A stretch of DNA of 36,658 nt from positions 1-36,658 of the forward strand of contig JAAZPT010000365.1 of the NCBI GenBank assembly GCA_012797085.1. Reading direction: 5' to 3'. This DNA is from Christensenellaceae bacterium (GTDB taxonomy: Bacteria; Bacillota; Clostridia; Christensenellales; Aristaeellaceae). Made by a program: the position numbers and the translations under genes. The notes beneath the pieces were generated by a model. It did not search any database. It was given only the letters and a program-made list of their open reading frames with translations, and was not told the origin of the DNA. Shown piece after piece: positions 10,097 through 18,906 of the stretch (the stretch's first letter is position 1; every line of letters begins with the position of its first letter).

Positions 10097-11155
10097 TTAT
10101 ACCTCCAAGCTGTCAATGGCATTAAATAGAGCCTTCATTTGCTCCATAGTGCCTATAGTTATTCTAACATAGTTATATATTCTGTTTGAATTAAAATACC
10201 TTACAAGTATACCCGAATTTTTAAGTTTTTGATATAGCTCTTCACCCTTAATAACAGGGTGGCTTGCAAACACAAAATTGCTTTTGGAGTCTATATATTT
10301 AAAGCCCCTTTTATCTAATTGATTAATCGTGTAATTGCGTGCCTCGATAATCTTGCTTATACAATCATTGAAATATTCCCTATCCCTTATGCTTTCCTCA
10401 CCTAAAACAAGGCTGAGCCTGTTTATATTATAGGGGTTGAAGCTGAATTTAATTGTGTTTATATCATCAATTATTGCCTTGTTTGCAAAGGCATAGCCTA
10501 TCCTTGCCCCTGCAAGATTGTAAGCCTTTGAAAAAGTTTTTACCACAAGCAAATTATCATATTTATCTATAAGTTTAACCGCACTGTCGGCCCCAAAATC
10601 CACATAGGCCTCATCAATAACAACAAGGTTATCAGGGTTGTTTATAAGCAATTGCTCAATTTTATCAAGACTTAGGGCTATGCCCGTTGGAGCATTTGGG
10701 TTTGCAATAAATATAGTTGCATCGGCATTAAAATAATCCTTTACATCTATGCTGAAATCTTCCTTTAGGGGTACAATTATTTTTTGTACACAGCAAAGGT
10801 CTGCAAAAACCTTATAAAAGCCATAGCTTATATCCGGAAACATGGCCGGTACATCATCACCGCAAAAGGCTAAAAATGCAAAGGCTAATATTTCATCTGA
10901 GCCATTACCTACAGCCACATTGCTTTCATCCACGCCATCAACTTCGGCAATGGCCTTTACCAAATTACTGCAATTGGGATCGGGGTAAAGGTTCAGCTTG
11001 CTCAGCTTATCGCCGTCAATGGCCTTTATAGCCTTTGGGGACGGCGGGTATGGGCTTTCATTTGTATTCAGCTTTATATATTGTTTATTTTGAGGTTGCT
11101 CCCCGGGTGTATAGGGAGTAATTCCGCTATACCTGTAGTTTAAAAACCTTCCCAT
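10097..11155 (-). CDS. hisC: Histidinol-phosphate aminotransferase
   Basis: Class-II aminotransferase layout with the PLP-lysine context KTFSKAYNLAGARIGY. 352 aa. Positioned within the operon. Confidence 0.9.
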   Translation of the reverse strand: MGRFLNYRYSGITPYTPGEQPQNKQYIKLNTNESPYPPSPKAIKAIDGDKLSKLNLYPDPNCSNLVKAIAEVDGVDESNVAVGNGSDEILAFAFLAFCGDDVPAMFPDISYGFYKVFADLCCVQKIIVPLKEDFSIDVKDYFNADATIFIANPNAPTGIALSLDKIEQLLINNPDNLVVIDEAYVDFGADSAVKLIDKYDNLLVVKTFSKAYNLAGARIGYAFANKAIIDDINTIKFSFNPYNINRLSLVLGEESIRDREYFNDCISKIIEARNYTINQLDKRGFKYIDSKSNFVFASHPVIKGEELYQKLKNSGILVRYFNSNRIYNYVRITIGTMEQMKALFNAIDSLEV

Positions 11156-11163
11156 AATTCTCC

Positions 11164-12441
11164 TTATTTGTTCAACCTTATCTGTACAGAGTTTGCGTGG
11201 GCATACAAGCCCTCATGCTCGGCAAAATTAACTATCCTGTCGCCAACTTCCTTAAGGGCCTCATCGGAATAATATATGAATGAGGATCTCTTTTGAAAAT
11301 CATAAACGCCCAAGGGCGACGAAAACCTTGCCGTACCGTTTGTTGGCAATGTATGGTTGGGCCCTGCAAAATAATCGCCTAAGGCCTCGGGAACATTCCT
11401 GCCAAGGAATATGCTGCCCGCATTTTTAATTGCATTTAAGTACCTGAAAGGCTCATCAACACATATTTCAAGATGCTCCGGAGCAATCATGTTGGATATT
11501 TCAATAGCCTTATCTATGCTGTCGGCTATTATAATTTTGCCATAATTATCTATGGAAACACGGCAAATATCGCGCCTTGGCGCTGCTTCTATCTGCACTT
11601 CAAGCTCCTGCTGAACAGCCTTTGCTAAAGCCTCGCTGTTTGTAATAAGTATGGCTTGGGCAAGCCTGTCATGCTCCGCTTGGGAAAGCATATCCGCAGC
11701 TACATAGCTCGGATTACAATTTTCATCAGCAATTACAAGTATCTCGGAGGGGCCTGCCACCATATCTATATCGACTATGCCGAAAACTCGACGTTTAGCT
11801 GCTGCCACATAGGCATTGCCCGGCCCTACTATTTTATCAACAGGGGTGATGCTTTCCGTACCGTATGTAAGGGCTGCAACAGCTTGAGCACCGCCAACTT
11901 TGTATATGATATCGACCCCGGCTATGCTTGCCGCTACAAGTATGGGTGCCGCAATGCTTCCGTCCTTTGAGGGCGGTGTGGTAATGCAAATGTTTTTAAC
12001 CCCCGCAAGCTTTGCAGGTATTGCATTCATAAGCACGCTGGAAGGGTAGCTTGCCGTACCGCCCGGAACATATAGGCCAACCCTGGCAATCGGAGTAATC
12101 TTTTGACCCAAAACTATGCCGTTATCCTGGTTGATAATATAATCGTTTTCACATTGGGCGGCATGGAATTTTTTAATGCGTTCCGCCGCCATTTTCATAG
12201 TATCAATCAAATAGGGGTCCGTTATGCTGAGGGCATGGTCAATTTCATCCTTGCTAACTGTAAGGCTTTGCAGCTTTACCCCGTCAAATTTTTCCGTATA
12301 AGCTAAAAGAGCAGCATCGCCGTTAGTTTTTACATCATCCAAAATAGCCTGAACAGTGGTTTCAATGGCGCTGTTGTCGCTTATACTCCTTGATAATATA
12401 TCTTCCTTTTCTAAGCTATCGGCATAGTATATTTTTATCAT
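11164..12441 (-). CDS. hisD: Histidinol dehydrogenase
   Basis: LSQAEHD, IAPEHLEI, GDYFAGPNHTLPT. 425 aa. Overlaps hisG by 4 nt. Confidence 0.93.
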   Translation of the reverse strand: MIKIYYADSLEKEDILSRSISDNSAIETTVQAILDDVKTNGDAALLAYTEKFDGVKLQSLTVSKDEIDHALSITDPYLIDTMKMAAERIKKFHAAQCENDYIINQDNGIVLGQKITPIARVGLYVPGGTASYPSSVLMNAIPAKLAGVKNICITTPPSKDGSIAAPILVAASIAGVDIIYKVGGAQAVAALTYGTESITPVDKIVGPGNAYVAAAKRRVFGIVDIDMVAGPSEILVIADENCNPSYVAADMLSQAEHDRLAQAILITNSEALAKAVQQELEVQIEAAPRRDICRVSIDNYGKIIIADSIDKAIEISNMIAPEHLEICVDEPFRYLNAIKNAGSIFLGRNVPEALGDYFAGPNHTLPTNGTARFSSPLGVYDFQKRSSFIYYSDEALKEVGDRIVNFAEHEGLYAHANSVQIRLNK

Positions 12442-13058
12442 TTATTGTAAGCCTCCATAAGTTTTACAAGCAAATCGTTAATTTGTTTTTCTTTAAATTT
12501 ATAGGCCGCCTTATTGGCAATAAGCCTTGCGCTGGAATAGGCAATAGTTTCCACTACCTCTAAATTGTTTTCCTCAAGGGTTTTACCCGTTTCAACAATA
12601 TCCACAATAACATCGCTAAGGCCTAATATGGGCGCCAACTCTATTGAGCCGTTAAGTTTTATAATTTCTATATCTCTGTTTTTTGTTCTGTAATGGTTTT
12701 TTGCTACATTGGGGTATTTTGTTGCAACCCTTAATATATTGTTGGGGTTTTCATAATAGTTTACAGGGGCAGCCACAGCAAGCCTGCATTTGCCCAATTG
12801 CAAATCCATAAGTTCATACACATTGGGGTTTGTTTCCAATATAACATCCTTGCCAACAACGCCTATATCGGCGGCACCATGTTCAACATAAATTCCAACA
12901 TCGGAGGGTTTTATAAGCAGGTAACGAACTTCGCTTTCCAGGCTTTCAACAACGAGGCGTCTATCCTCACCCAAGCCTTCACAGTAATAACCGAAGGACG
13001 AAAACAGCTTATATACATCATCACCAAGTCTACCCTTCGGTAATGCTATATTTAACAT
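12438..13058 (-). CDS. hisG: ATP phosphoribosyltransferase, short form
   Basis: MLNIALPKGRL start and SDVGIYVEHGAADIGVVGKD. Only 206 aa, so it lacks the C-terminal regulatory domain, consistent with the adjacent hisZ. Confidence 0.92.
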   Translation of the reverse strand: MLNIALPKGRLGDDVYKLFSSFGYYCEGLGEDRRLVVESLESEVRYLLIKPSDVGIYVEHGAADIGVVGKDVILETNPNVYELMDLQLGKCRLAVAAPVNYYENPNNILRVATKYPNVAKNHYRTKNRDIEIIKLNGSIELAPILGLSDVIVDIVETGKTLEENNLEVVETIAYSSARLIANKAAYKFKEKQINDLLVKLMEAYNK

Positions 13059-14173
13059 TTGCCCACCTCCTTAAGTTCACCGTCTACAATAGTATAGTAG
13101 ATTCTTGCTTGTATATTATCGGCTCTGTCCCCTGTAAGTACTGATTTGCCTTCCCTTACAAGGCTTTGAACAAAATTGTTCAGCTCAATGGGGTTGTTTT
13201 GTCCGCTGCAACAAATGAAGGCATCGTATACTTTTGGCTTATACTCGGCAATTAGTCTTGCTATTTCATCAAAGCGAAGGGCAAAGCCTATGGCTCCCGT
13301 ATCCTTTTTATGCATATGCTTAAGCAGGTTATCATAACGTCCACCAATAAGCACAGCGCCCGGTATGCCTTCTATATAGCCGCTTAACACAAGGGAGTTG
13401 TAATAATTCATATCACCTATTATAGAAAAATCAAGCCTTAAATTGTTCAGCTCTTTTTTACCCTCAAAGGATTTTATTATCAGCTTAATTTCATCAAGAG
13501 CCAAGCGCATTTCATCGTTTACGGCAAGTTCATAGGCCTTATCTATGCAGTCAACAGCCTTGCCTGTAATATCAATAAGGCTTAGGAGCATATTTATACC
13601 CTCATCATTCAAGCCAAGCTGTTTAGCCTTTATGCTAAGCTCATGCCTGTTTTTTTCCTCTATGGATATTAATATATCCTTTTTAGTTTTATCATCCATG
13701 TTGAAGTAGTCAAGCAAGCCGTTTACAAAGCCCAAATGGGATATATCAAGCATCCAATTGTTTGATATGGCCGCCAAGCTTTGGGCAGCAAGGTTGGATA
13801 TTTCCACAAGGCTGTAATTGTTTACCTTGCCCAGCCATTCCAAGCCTATTTGGGAAATTTCTTTATAATCCCCCGTACCGGGCATAGTTCTGTAAACCTT
13901 TTCCGCATAGTAAATTTTTTCGGCAATATCGCCCTCACAGTTGGCATTTTTAACTATGCTAAGGGTTACATCAGGCTTTAGCACCATAAGCTTGCCATCG
14001 GTATCGTTAAATGTAATAAACTGCCCCTTAGGCAAAAAGCTTTTATACTTCGTATAAAAATCATACTCCTCAAAGCGCGACATTTTAAAACGATTATAAC
14101 CAAACTGTTCATACAGATTGCCTAAATATATGCTTAGTTGTTCCTCTCGGGGCAATGTATTTATATTAAACAT
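13052..14173 (-). CDS. hisZ: ATP phosphoribosyltransferase regulatory subunit (HisRS paralogue)
   Basis: Class-II aaRS-like core (LKPDVTLS, GGRYDNLL) without an anticodon-binding domain. 373 aa. It is the first gene of the operon, with GGAGGGA before the ATG. Confidence 0.88.
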   Translation of the reverse strand: MFNINTLPREEQLSIYLGNLYEQFGYNRFKMSRFEEYDFYTKYKSFLPKGQFITFNDTDGKLMVLKPDVTLSIVKNANCEGDIAEKIYYAEKVYRTMPGTGDYKEISQIGLEWLGKVNNYSLVEISNLAAQSLAAISNNWMLDISHLGFVNGLLDYFNMDDKTKKDILISIEEKNRHELSIKAKQLGLNDEGINMLLSLIDITGKAVDCIDKAYELAVNDEMRLALDEIKLIIKSFEGKKELNNLRLDFSIIGDMNYYNSLVLSGYIEGIPGAVLIGGRYDNLLKHMHKKDTGAIGFALRFDEIARLIAEYKPKVYDAFICCSGQNNPIELNNFVQSLVREGKSVLTGDRADNIQARIYYTIVDGELKEVGKC

Positions 14174-14202
14174 TATACTCCCTCCTATAAAATAATAAGG
14201 AT

Positions 14203-14231
14203 ATAATATAACAGAGTTTCGCTTTTGTCAA
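14203..14231 (-). promoter_or_regulatory. Candidate sigma-A promoter of the his operon
   Basis: The minus strand reads TTGACA, a 17-nt spacer, then TATTAT. The -10 lies about 30 nt upstream of the hisZ ATG. This is a sequence match only. Confidence 0.5.
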
Positions 14232-14332
14232 GTAAAGTGATAAAGCGTTAAAGTAAATATTTTAATTTACCTTATTATTTTATATGTATTTTTATGCAAG
14301 GTCAATTATAATAATGTTTTTTGACGGTTTAC

Positions 14333-14361
14333 TTGCAGAAAAATATCTAAAGTGATATATT
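14333..14361 (+). promoter_or_regulatory. Candidate sigma-A promoter (extended -10) for the methyltransferase gene
   Basis: TTGCAG, a 17-nt spacer ending in TGa, then TATATT. It is divergent from the his promoter and lies about 37 nt before the ATG at 14398. Confidence 0.45.
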
Positions 14362-14397
14362 AAATTTTTAATAAACATAATAAGGAAAGAGATAAAT

Positions 14398-15186
14398 ATG
14401 CCTACAAGAATTGACATAATAAATGATTTATACAATCAAATAGATGAAGACAGCAGACTGCAAAATTCCAGACAAGGTCAGTTGGAATACATAGTAACTA
14501 TGAATTATATTCATCGCTATATTACACAGCAATCAAAAGTGCTTGAACTGGGAGCCGGTACTGGCAGGTACTCTATCGCCCTTGCAAAGGAAGGCATGGA
14601 TGTAAGCGCCGTGGAGCTGGTGGAAAGCAACCTTGCGGTATTAAGGGAAAACAGCAAGGATATTGAAAATATAAAATCCTATAAAGGTGATGCAACGAAC
14701 CTTGATTTTCTAGGCGACAATTTATTTGACGTAACCTTGGTTTTTGGCCCCCTTTATCATCTATATGAGCCGGAAGATGTTCATAAAGCCATTGATGAAG
14801 CAATTAGGGTTACAAAACCGAGCGGTGTTATTCTATTTGCCTTTATTTCCATTTTTGGCATAATGTATACAAATTTCTTTAAAGGTAATTGGGCTTTCGG
14901 GCAAAAGTTGAATTTTACCGATAACTACAAAATAAGGCACTTTAAAGAGCAGTTATTCACAGGATATGATATTGTTGAATTTGAAAGCTTATTTGAAGAT
15001 AAACCCGTTGAGTGGATTACTACTACCGGCACTGACGGTTTGTTGGAAGCTATTGAAGCTCGACCCGATTTCGCCATATCCGATGAGGACTTTAAAGCCT
15101 TTACAGATTGGTATATGATATTTTCGGAAAAGCGAGAGCTTTTAGGAAGTACGAATCATCTATTATATATATGCCGTAAGAAATGA
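14398..15186 (+). CDS. Class I SAM-dependent methyltransferase
   Basis: Motif I VLELGAGTGRYS, an acidic residue after beta-2 (VSAVE), and the post-I/II pattern GDATNL ... FDVTLVFGPLYH. Substrate cannot be inferred. Confidence 0.8.
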   Translation: MPTRIDIINDLYNQIDEDSRLQNSRQGQLEYIVTMNYIHRYITQQSKVLELGAGTGRYSIALAKEGMDVSAVELVESNLAVLRENSKDIENIKSYKGDATNLDFLGDNLFDVTLVFGPLYHLYEPEDVHKAIDEAIRVTKPSGVILFAFISIFGIMYTNFFKGNWAFGQKLNFTDNYKIRHFKEQLFTGYDIVEFESLFEDKPVEWITTTGTDGLLEAIEARPDFAISDEDFKAFTDWYMIFSEKRELLGSTNHLLYICRKK

Positions 15187-15311
15187 ATCAATTAAAGATT
15201 GGGCTTAAAAACACTTCAATAAAAATTAAAATTTAAAAAAATGTTCAAATAATATGAGTGATATTAATACTATAAAAATTTGTAATGTTCAAATATCGAA
15301 AGGATTGTAAT

Positions 15312-16109
15312 ATGGAACACAAATATATCGAATCCAAAAACGGAATTACCCATTATTGGGTTAAACACAATAAAAATGCTTCTGCCAAGTGTATTGTTTT
15401 TACACACGGATTAACAGCAAATCACTCCATGTTTGAAAAGCAAATAGAATACTTTTATTCAGACTACCATATTATTGCATGGGATGTTCCTTTGCATGGT
15501 CTTTCAAGGCCATATTTCAATTTTTCCTATAAACAGGCCTCTATAGAACTTCATAGTATTTTAGAAGTTGAAAACATAACAAAAACTATTTTAGTTGGTA
15601 TGTCAATGGGAGGTTATCCAAGCCAGATGTTCGCAGATATGTTTCCTGAAATGGTCGAAGGCTTTGTGGCAATTGATACAACCCCCTTTGGGTTAAAGTA
15701 TTATTCTAAATCAGACATGTGGTGGCTAAAGCAGGTTGAGCCTATAGTAAAATTGTTTCCCGACAGTTTACTTAGAACAAGCATGGCAAGGTCTGTTTCT
15801 AAAACGCAATATTCCTATAATAAAATGATGGAGATGTTAAAGCCACTAACAAAAGCACAAATAATAGAACAAATGGGAATTGGATATGGAAAATTTGTAT
15901 TAGAAAACAAAGATGTTGTATTTAACTTTCCTGTTCTTATATTGCTTGGGGATAGCGATAAAACAGGGAAGGTAAAAAAATACTGCAAAGATTGGTCAAA
16001 AAGCACAGGATATCCGCTTCACATAATTAAAAACGCTGCTCACTTTTCAAATGGGGACAATCCTGAACAAGTCAATGCAGAGATAGAATCCTTTATAAAA
16101 GGATTATAA
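15312..16109 (+). CDS. Alpha/beta-fold hydrolase
   Basis: Oxyanion-region VFTHGL, nucleophile elbow GMSMGG, C-terminal AAHFSN histidine. The ATG at 15312 has AAAGGA upstream and is preferred over 15285. Confidence 0.8.
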   Translation: MEHKYIESKNGITHYWVKHNKNASAKCIVFTHGLTANHSMFEKQIEYFYSDYHIIAWDVPLHGLSRPYFNFSYKQASIELHSILEVENITKTILVGMSMGGYPSQMFADMFPEMVEGFVAIDTTPFGLKYYSKSDMWWLKQVEPIVKLFPDSLLRTSMARSVSKTQYSYNKMMEMLKPLTKAQIIEQMGIGYGKFVLENKDVVFNFPVLILLGDSDKTGKVKKYCKDWSKSTGYPLHIIKNAAHFSNGDNPEQVNAEIESFIKGL

Positions 16110-16326
16110 GTTAGTTTATTTAATAATTGTTAAATTGATTAGCTCTGTTTTATCAATTAATTTTTATTGTTTACTATTAAATTATAAATGCAAGTTCCCT
16201 AAAATTATTGTTGATTTAGATAATGTTATTTTGTTTTATGATGTAATAATTTTGATAGATAGGTTTTAAAGCAGAAATCACCTATGATTTTTTAGCGAAG
16301 GAAGTAACAAAAATATCTTGTTACCC

Positions 16327-16436
16327 ATGAAAACGTCACACAGTATTTACATTTTGATCTCTACTCCGGATAGGACATAATACTAAAGGATAAAACTCAG
16401 TAAAGAATAAGATTTAATGCTTACACAAAGTATTAA
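16327..16436 (+). pseudogene. Possible decayed N-terminal fragment of a paralogue of the downstream C92-like gene
   Basis: A short ORF encodes MKTSHSIYILISTPDRT*, sharing IYILIS with the start MRKIYILISQTG of the 16548 gene but with different codons. Across a frameshift, LSKE then RIRFNAYTKY parallels LFSKGIRWYTKQPY. There are multiple stops and no continuation. Confidence 0.3.
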
Positions 16437-16437
16437 A

Positions 16438-16464
16438 TTGAAAATTTGCTATTAGTGATATAAT
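16438..16464 (+). promoter_or_regulatory. Candidate extended -10 promoter for the C92-like gene
   Basis: TTGAAA, a 15-nt spacer, then TGaTATAAT (perfect -10 with a TGn extension). It lies about 85 nt upstream of the ATG at 16548. The spacer is short, so the call leans on the extended -10. Confidence 0.35.
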
Positions 16465-16547
16465 ATATCAGAATACAAATTAAATATATAATTTGGTAAA
16501 AAATATTAGGCAGAAAGATATTAACAATATTAAAGTAAAAAAAAGAT

Positions 16548-17114
16548 ATGAGAAAGATATACATACTTATTTCACAAACCGGCTCGCTTTTTTCAAAAGG
16601 TATTAGATGGTATACAAAACAGCCCTATAATCACAGTTCCATAACCACGGATAAGCATTTTCCCGTTTTTTGGTCATTTGCAAGAAGGTGGCCAAGGCTT
16701 CCTTTTCCGGGAAGTTTTGTAAAAGAGGAATTTAACAAAGGGACATTTGCTTTGTTTCCCGATACCGATTGCGTTGTTTTAGCTTTTGAAATAGAAGATG
16801 AAAAAGCGAAAAAGGCGGATGCAATTTTGGATAAACATATAAATAGAAAAAAAAGGTACGGCTACAACTATTCAACAATTTTTTCCACCTTTTTGTTCCA
16901 CAAACCAACAATATCTAAACGCAAAAGAAGAACCTGTGCGGAATTTGTGGCGCTTGTTTTATCGGAAAGTGATATTCATTCCTTTGATAAACAGCTTCAA
17001 ATGGTTCACCCTATGGATATTTTTAATAATTTCAGCGAAAATATTATTTATAGAGGCAAAATGAGAGATATTAAAGAGAGCGACTTTTTACAACAAACAC
17101 CATTTAATCAATAA
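16548..17114 (+). CDS. Hypothetical protein, probably a permuted papain-fold (YiiX/YaeF, C92-like) amidase
   Basis: His-before-Cys order typical of permuted NlpC/P60 relatives: an early PYNHSSI and a late RRTCAEFVALV. 188 aa with no signal peptide. Assigned by pattern memory only. Confidence 0.45.
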   Translation: MRKIYILISQTGSLFSKGIRWYTKQPYNHSSITTDKHFPVFWSFARRWPRLPFPGSFVKEEFNKGTFALFPDTDCVVLAFEIEDEKAKKADAILDKHINRKKRYGYNYSTIFSTFLFHKPTISKRKRRTCAEFVALVLSESDIHSFDKQLQMVHPMDIFNNFSENIIYRGKMRDIKESDFLQQTPFNQ

Positions 17115-17165
17115 TAGCGGAAAGAAATATATAAACATAGGTTAGAAGAAAGGGGTCGACGGAAA

Positions 17166-18122
17166 ATGAATTACCAAAAACTATTGGAAATTAGCGATGA
17201 CTGGCTGAAATACGCTATCCGTCTTAACTTGGGACACGAACCTGAGAACGATCTTGTTGAAGCCAGAGATGCGGCCTTAGATGATGAACGAATAAAAAAA
17301 TATCTTTCTGACATTACAAACTTTCATGAAAGCCTTGTAACTAATCATAAAAACCCCGATTTACCTATACAAAAACTGCTGTTTCTGCTTGACCTGGGAT
17401 TTGATAAGGAGATCCCGGAAATTAAAACGGCAATTGATGAAATACTTAAACACCGTGACGAGAACGGCGTTTATCAATCCATGACAAATATACCCAAGCA
17501 TTTTGGCGGTACAGGTGAAGATGTATTCAGCTGGTGCTTATGTGATGCACCTTTGCTTTTGCTTGCTCTGCTAAAGGCTGGTGTGGATTATAGTAAATAT
17601 ATCAAACCCGGTGTTGACTACCTTGTATCCTTATGTCGTGATAACGGATTTCCTTGTGCTGTGTCGCCTGAGCTGGGCAAGTTTCGCGGACCGGGTAGAA
17701 AGGATGACTGTTGCCCCTATGCAACCCTCATCATGGCCGATTTACTGTCGTATATACCGGAATATAGGGATTCTCAAGTTGCCGTCTCCTCTGTAGAAGC
17801 CTTGCTGAACCTGTGGGAAAACAGCCTTAATCATCATCCTTATATGTTCTACATGGGCACTGATTTCCGTAAGTTGAAAGCACCATCTTGCTGGTATGAT
17901 ATTGTAAGCGTGGCCGGAATTCTTAGTAAATACGAGTTTGTGAAAAAGGATGCTCGTTTTATTGAAATGATTGAACATATAAAAAGCAAACAAGATAAGG
18001 ACGGCCTTTTTACACCTGAATCAGCATACCAAAAATTAAAGGGCTGGGATTTTGGTCAAAAGAAAGAACCGTCTCCTTATTTAACATACCTTTGCTATCA
18101 AATTCTTGAACGTTTGAAATAG
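17166..18122 (+). CDS. Hypothetical Cys-rich helical-repeat protein (weak prenyltransferase/terpene-cyclase-like alpha-alpha toroid resemblance)
   Basis: Intact 318-aa ORF with an AAAGGGG RBS. Repeated motifs HRDENGVYQS and KQDKDGLFTPES, plus Cys clusters SWCLCDAP and DDCCPYATL. The coding call is solid but the family is uncertain. Confidence 0.55.
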   Translation: MNYQKLLEISDDWLKYAIRLNLGHEPENDLVEARDAALDDERIKKYLSDITNFHESLVTNHKNPDLPIQKLLFLLDLGFDKEIPEIKTAIDEILKHRDENGVYQSMTNIPKHFGGTGEDVFSWCLCDAPLLLLALLKAGVDYSKYIKPGVDYLVSLCRDNGFPCAVSPELGKFRGPGRKDDCCPYATLIMADLLSYIPEYRDSQVAVSSVEALLNLWENSLNHHPYMFYMGTDFRKLKAPSCWYDIVSVAGILSKYEFVKKDARFIEMIEHIKSKQDKDGLFTPESAYQKLKGWDFGQKKEPSPYLTYLCYQILERLK

Positions 18123-18149
18123 AATATAAAAACCATTTGTTTTTATATT
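18123..18149 (+). terminator. AT-rich perfect hairpin immediately after the stop at 18122 (possible weak terminator)
   Basis: AATATAAAAAC cattt GTTTTTATATT, an 11-bp perfect stem. The 3' arm is itself U-rich, and the sequence that follows is A-rich. Confidence 0.4.
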
Positions 18150-18222
18150 CAAAAATAATTTTAATTTTTTTAAACTGTCTCATTGCATGGGTTAAATAAA
18201 GTCATTACACTTATATTAGGAG

Positions 18223-18711
18223 GTGGTAAAAATGGCTAATGAAGATAAAAAAGATTTTAATGCCATGTTGCATGATAGCAAGGATATGCCAAAATTTAAA
18301 ATCATAACAGATGAACCAAGTATTGAAAAATACGGTGGAAGCAAAATGTATTTCGCTCCACCAATTGACTATGACAAAGTTATGAGAATGATTCCCTTTG
18401 GAAAAGTTATTACTGTGGGCAAAATTCGCGAATATTTTGCCAATAAATCCGGTGGAGATTTTACAGAGCCGATTACAGCAGGTGTTTTTGTGTCTATTGC
18501 TGCATGGGCAAGTCACCAAAGAACAGATGACAAGACTCCCTATTGGAGAACATTGAAAGCAAATGGAGAACTAAACGAAAAATACCCCGGTGGTGCAGCG
18601 GCACAAAAAGAGAAATTGGAAGCTGAAGGTCATACAATAATTCAAAAGGGCAGGAAAAACATCACATACTATGTTAAGGATTATGAGCATGTTCTATTTG
18701 ACTTAAACTAA
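18223..18711 (+). CDS. MGMT-family DNA-binding protein lacking the acceptor cysteine (alkyltransferase-like, ATL-type)
   Basis: AGGAGG RBS. The winged-helix segment IPFGKVITVGKIREYF is followed by PYWRTLKANGEL where O6-alkylguanine transferases carry PCHRV. Confidence 0.6.
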   Translation: MVKMANEDKKDFNAMLHDSKDMPKFKIITDEPSIEKYGGSKMYFAPPIDYDKVMRMIPFGKVITVGKIREYFANKSGGDFTEPITAGVFVSIAAWASHQRTDDKTPYWRTLKANGELNEKYPGGAAAQKEKLEAEGHTIIQKGRKNITYYVKDYEHVLFDLN

Positions 18712-18734
18712 ATTTCAATTAGATATAGTATAAA

Positions 18735-18769
18735 TTAAAGACCTCTTGTATTAAACAATAGGTCTTTAA
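18735..18769. terminator. Bidirectional-looking hairpin between the ATL-like gene and the addA-derived repeat
   Basis: TTAAAGACCT, a 15-nt loop, then AGGTCTTTAA (10-bp perfect stem). The flanking T-tracts on either strand are short, so termination efficiency is unknown. Confidence 0.4.
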
Positions 18770-18778
18770 TAAAATATT

Positions 18779-18854
18779 ATAATCCTTACACCCTCAAAGC
18801 CTCGCTGTAATACAGGCTATAAATATAACATTCAGCCACGTTGAAAGGGCTTAA
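18779..18854. repeat. Direct repeat copy A (76 bp), a detached duplicate of the addA 3' end
   Basis: 73/76 identical to 21201..21276. On the minus strand it reads LSPFNVAECYIYSLYYSEALRV* plus 7 nt, but it is not joined to any upstream reading frame. Confidence 0.95.
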
Positions 18855-18906
18855 CTACTTACATCGCTTAAAAAAACCTTTTTTGCTTTATTATACTTTT
18901 TTATTT

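Noticed and set aside
10096-10122. Nine-codon N-terminal extension of hisB in the ORF track.
   Set aside because: It would overlap the end of hisC. The ATG at 10095 has a GGAGGT RBS and gives the usual MRQASVERITKET start.
14174-14397. Searched the hisZ upstream region for a T-box leader (conserved T-box 14-mer, specifier hairpin) or a His-codon attenuator peptide.
   Set aside because: The candidate promoter leaves a leader of only about 30 nt. I found no T-box consensus, no terminator/antiterminator pair and no His-rich mini-ORF. Absence of a recognisable leader is not evidence for a novel mechanism.
15240-15295. AATGTTCAAATA occurs twice, 44 bp apart, upstream of the alpha/beta hydrolase gene. 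The 10-mer ATGTTCAAAT occurs again at 21169-21178, just inside the right end of the cassette.
   Set aside because: This is suggestive of a binding site and somewhat unexpected by chance. However, I cannot scan the whole window exhaustively by eye, the motif is AT-rich, and the three contexts share nothing else. I record it without interpretation.
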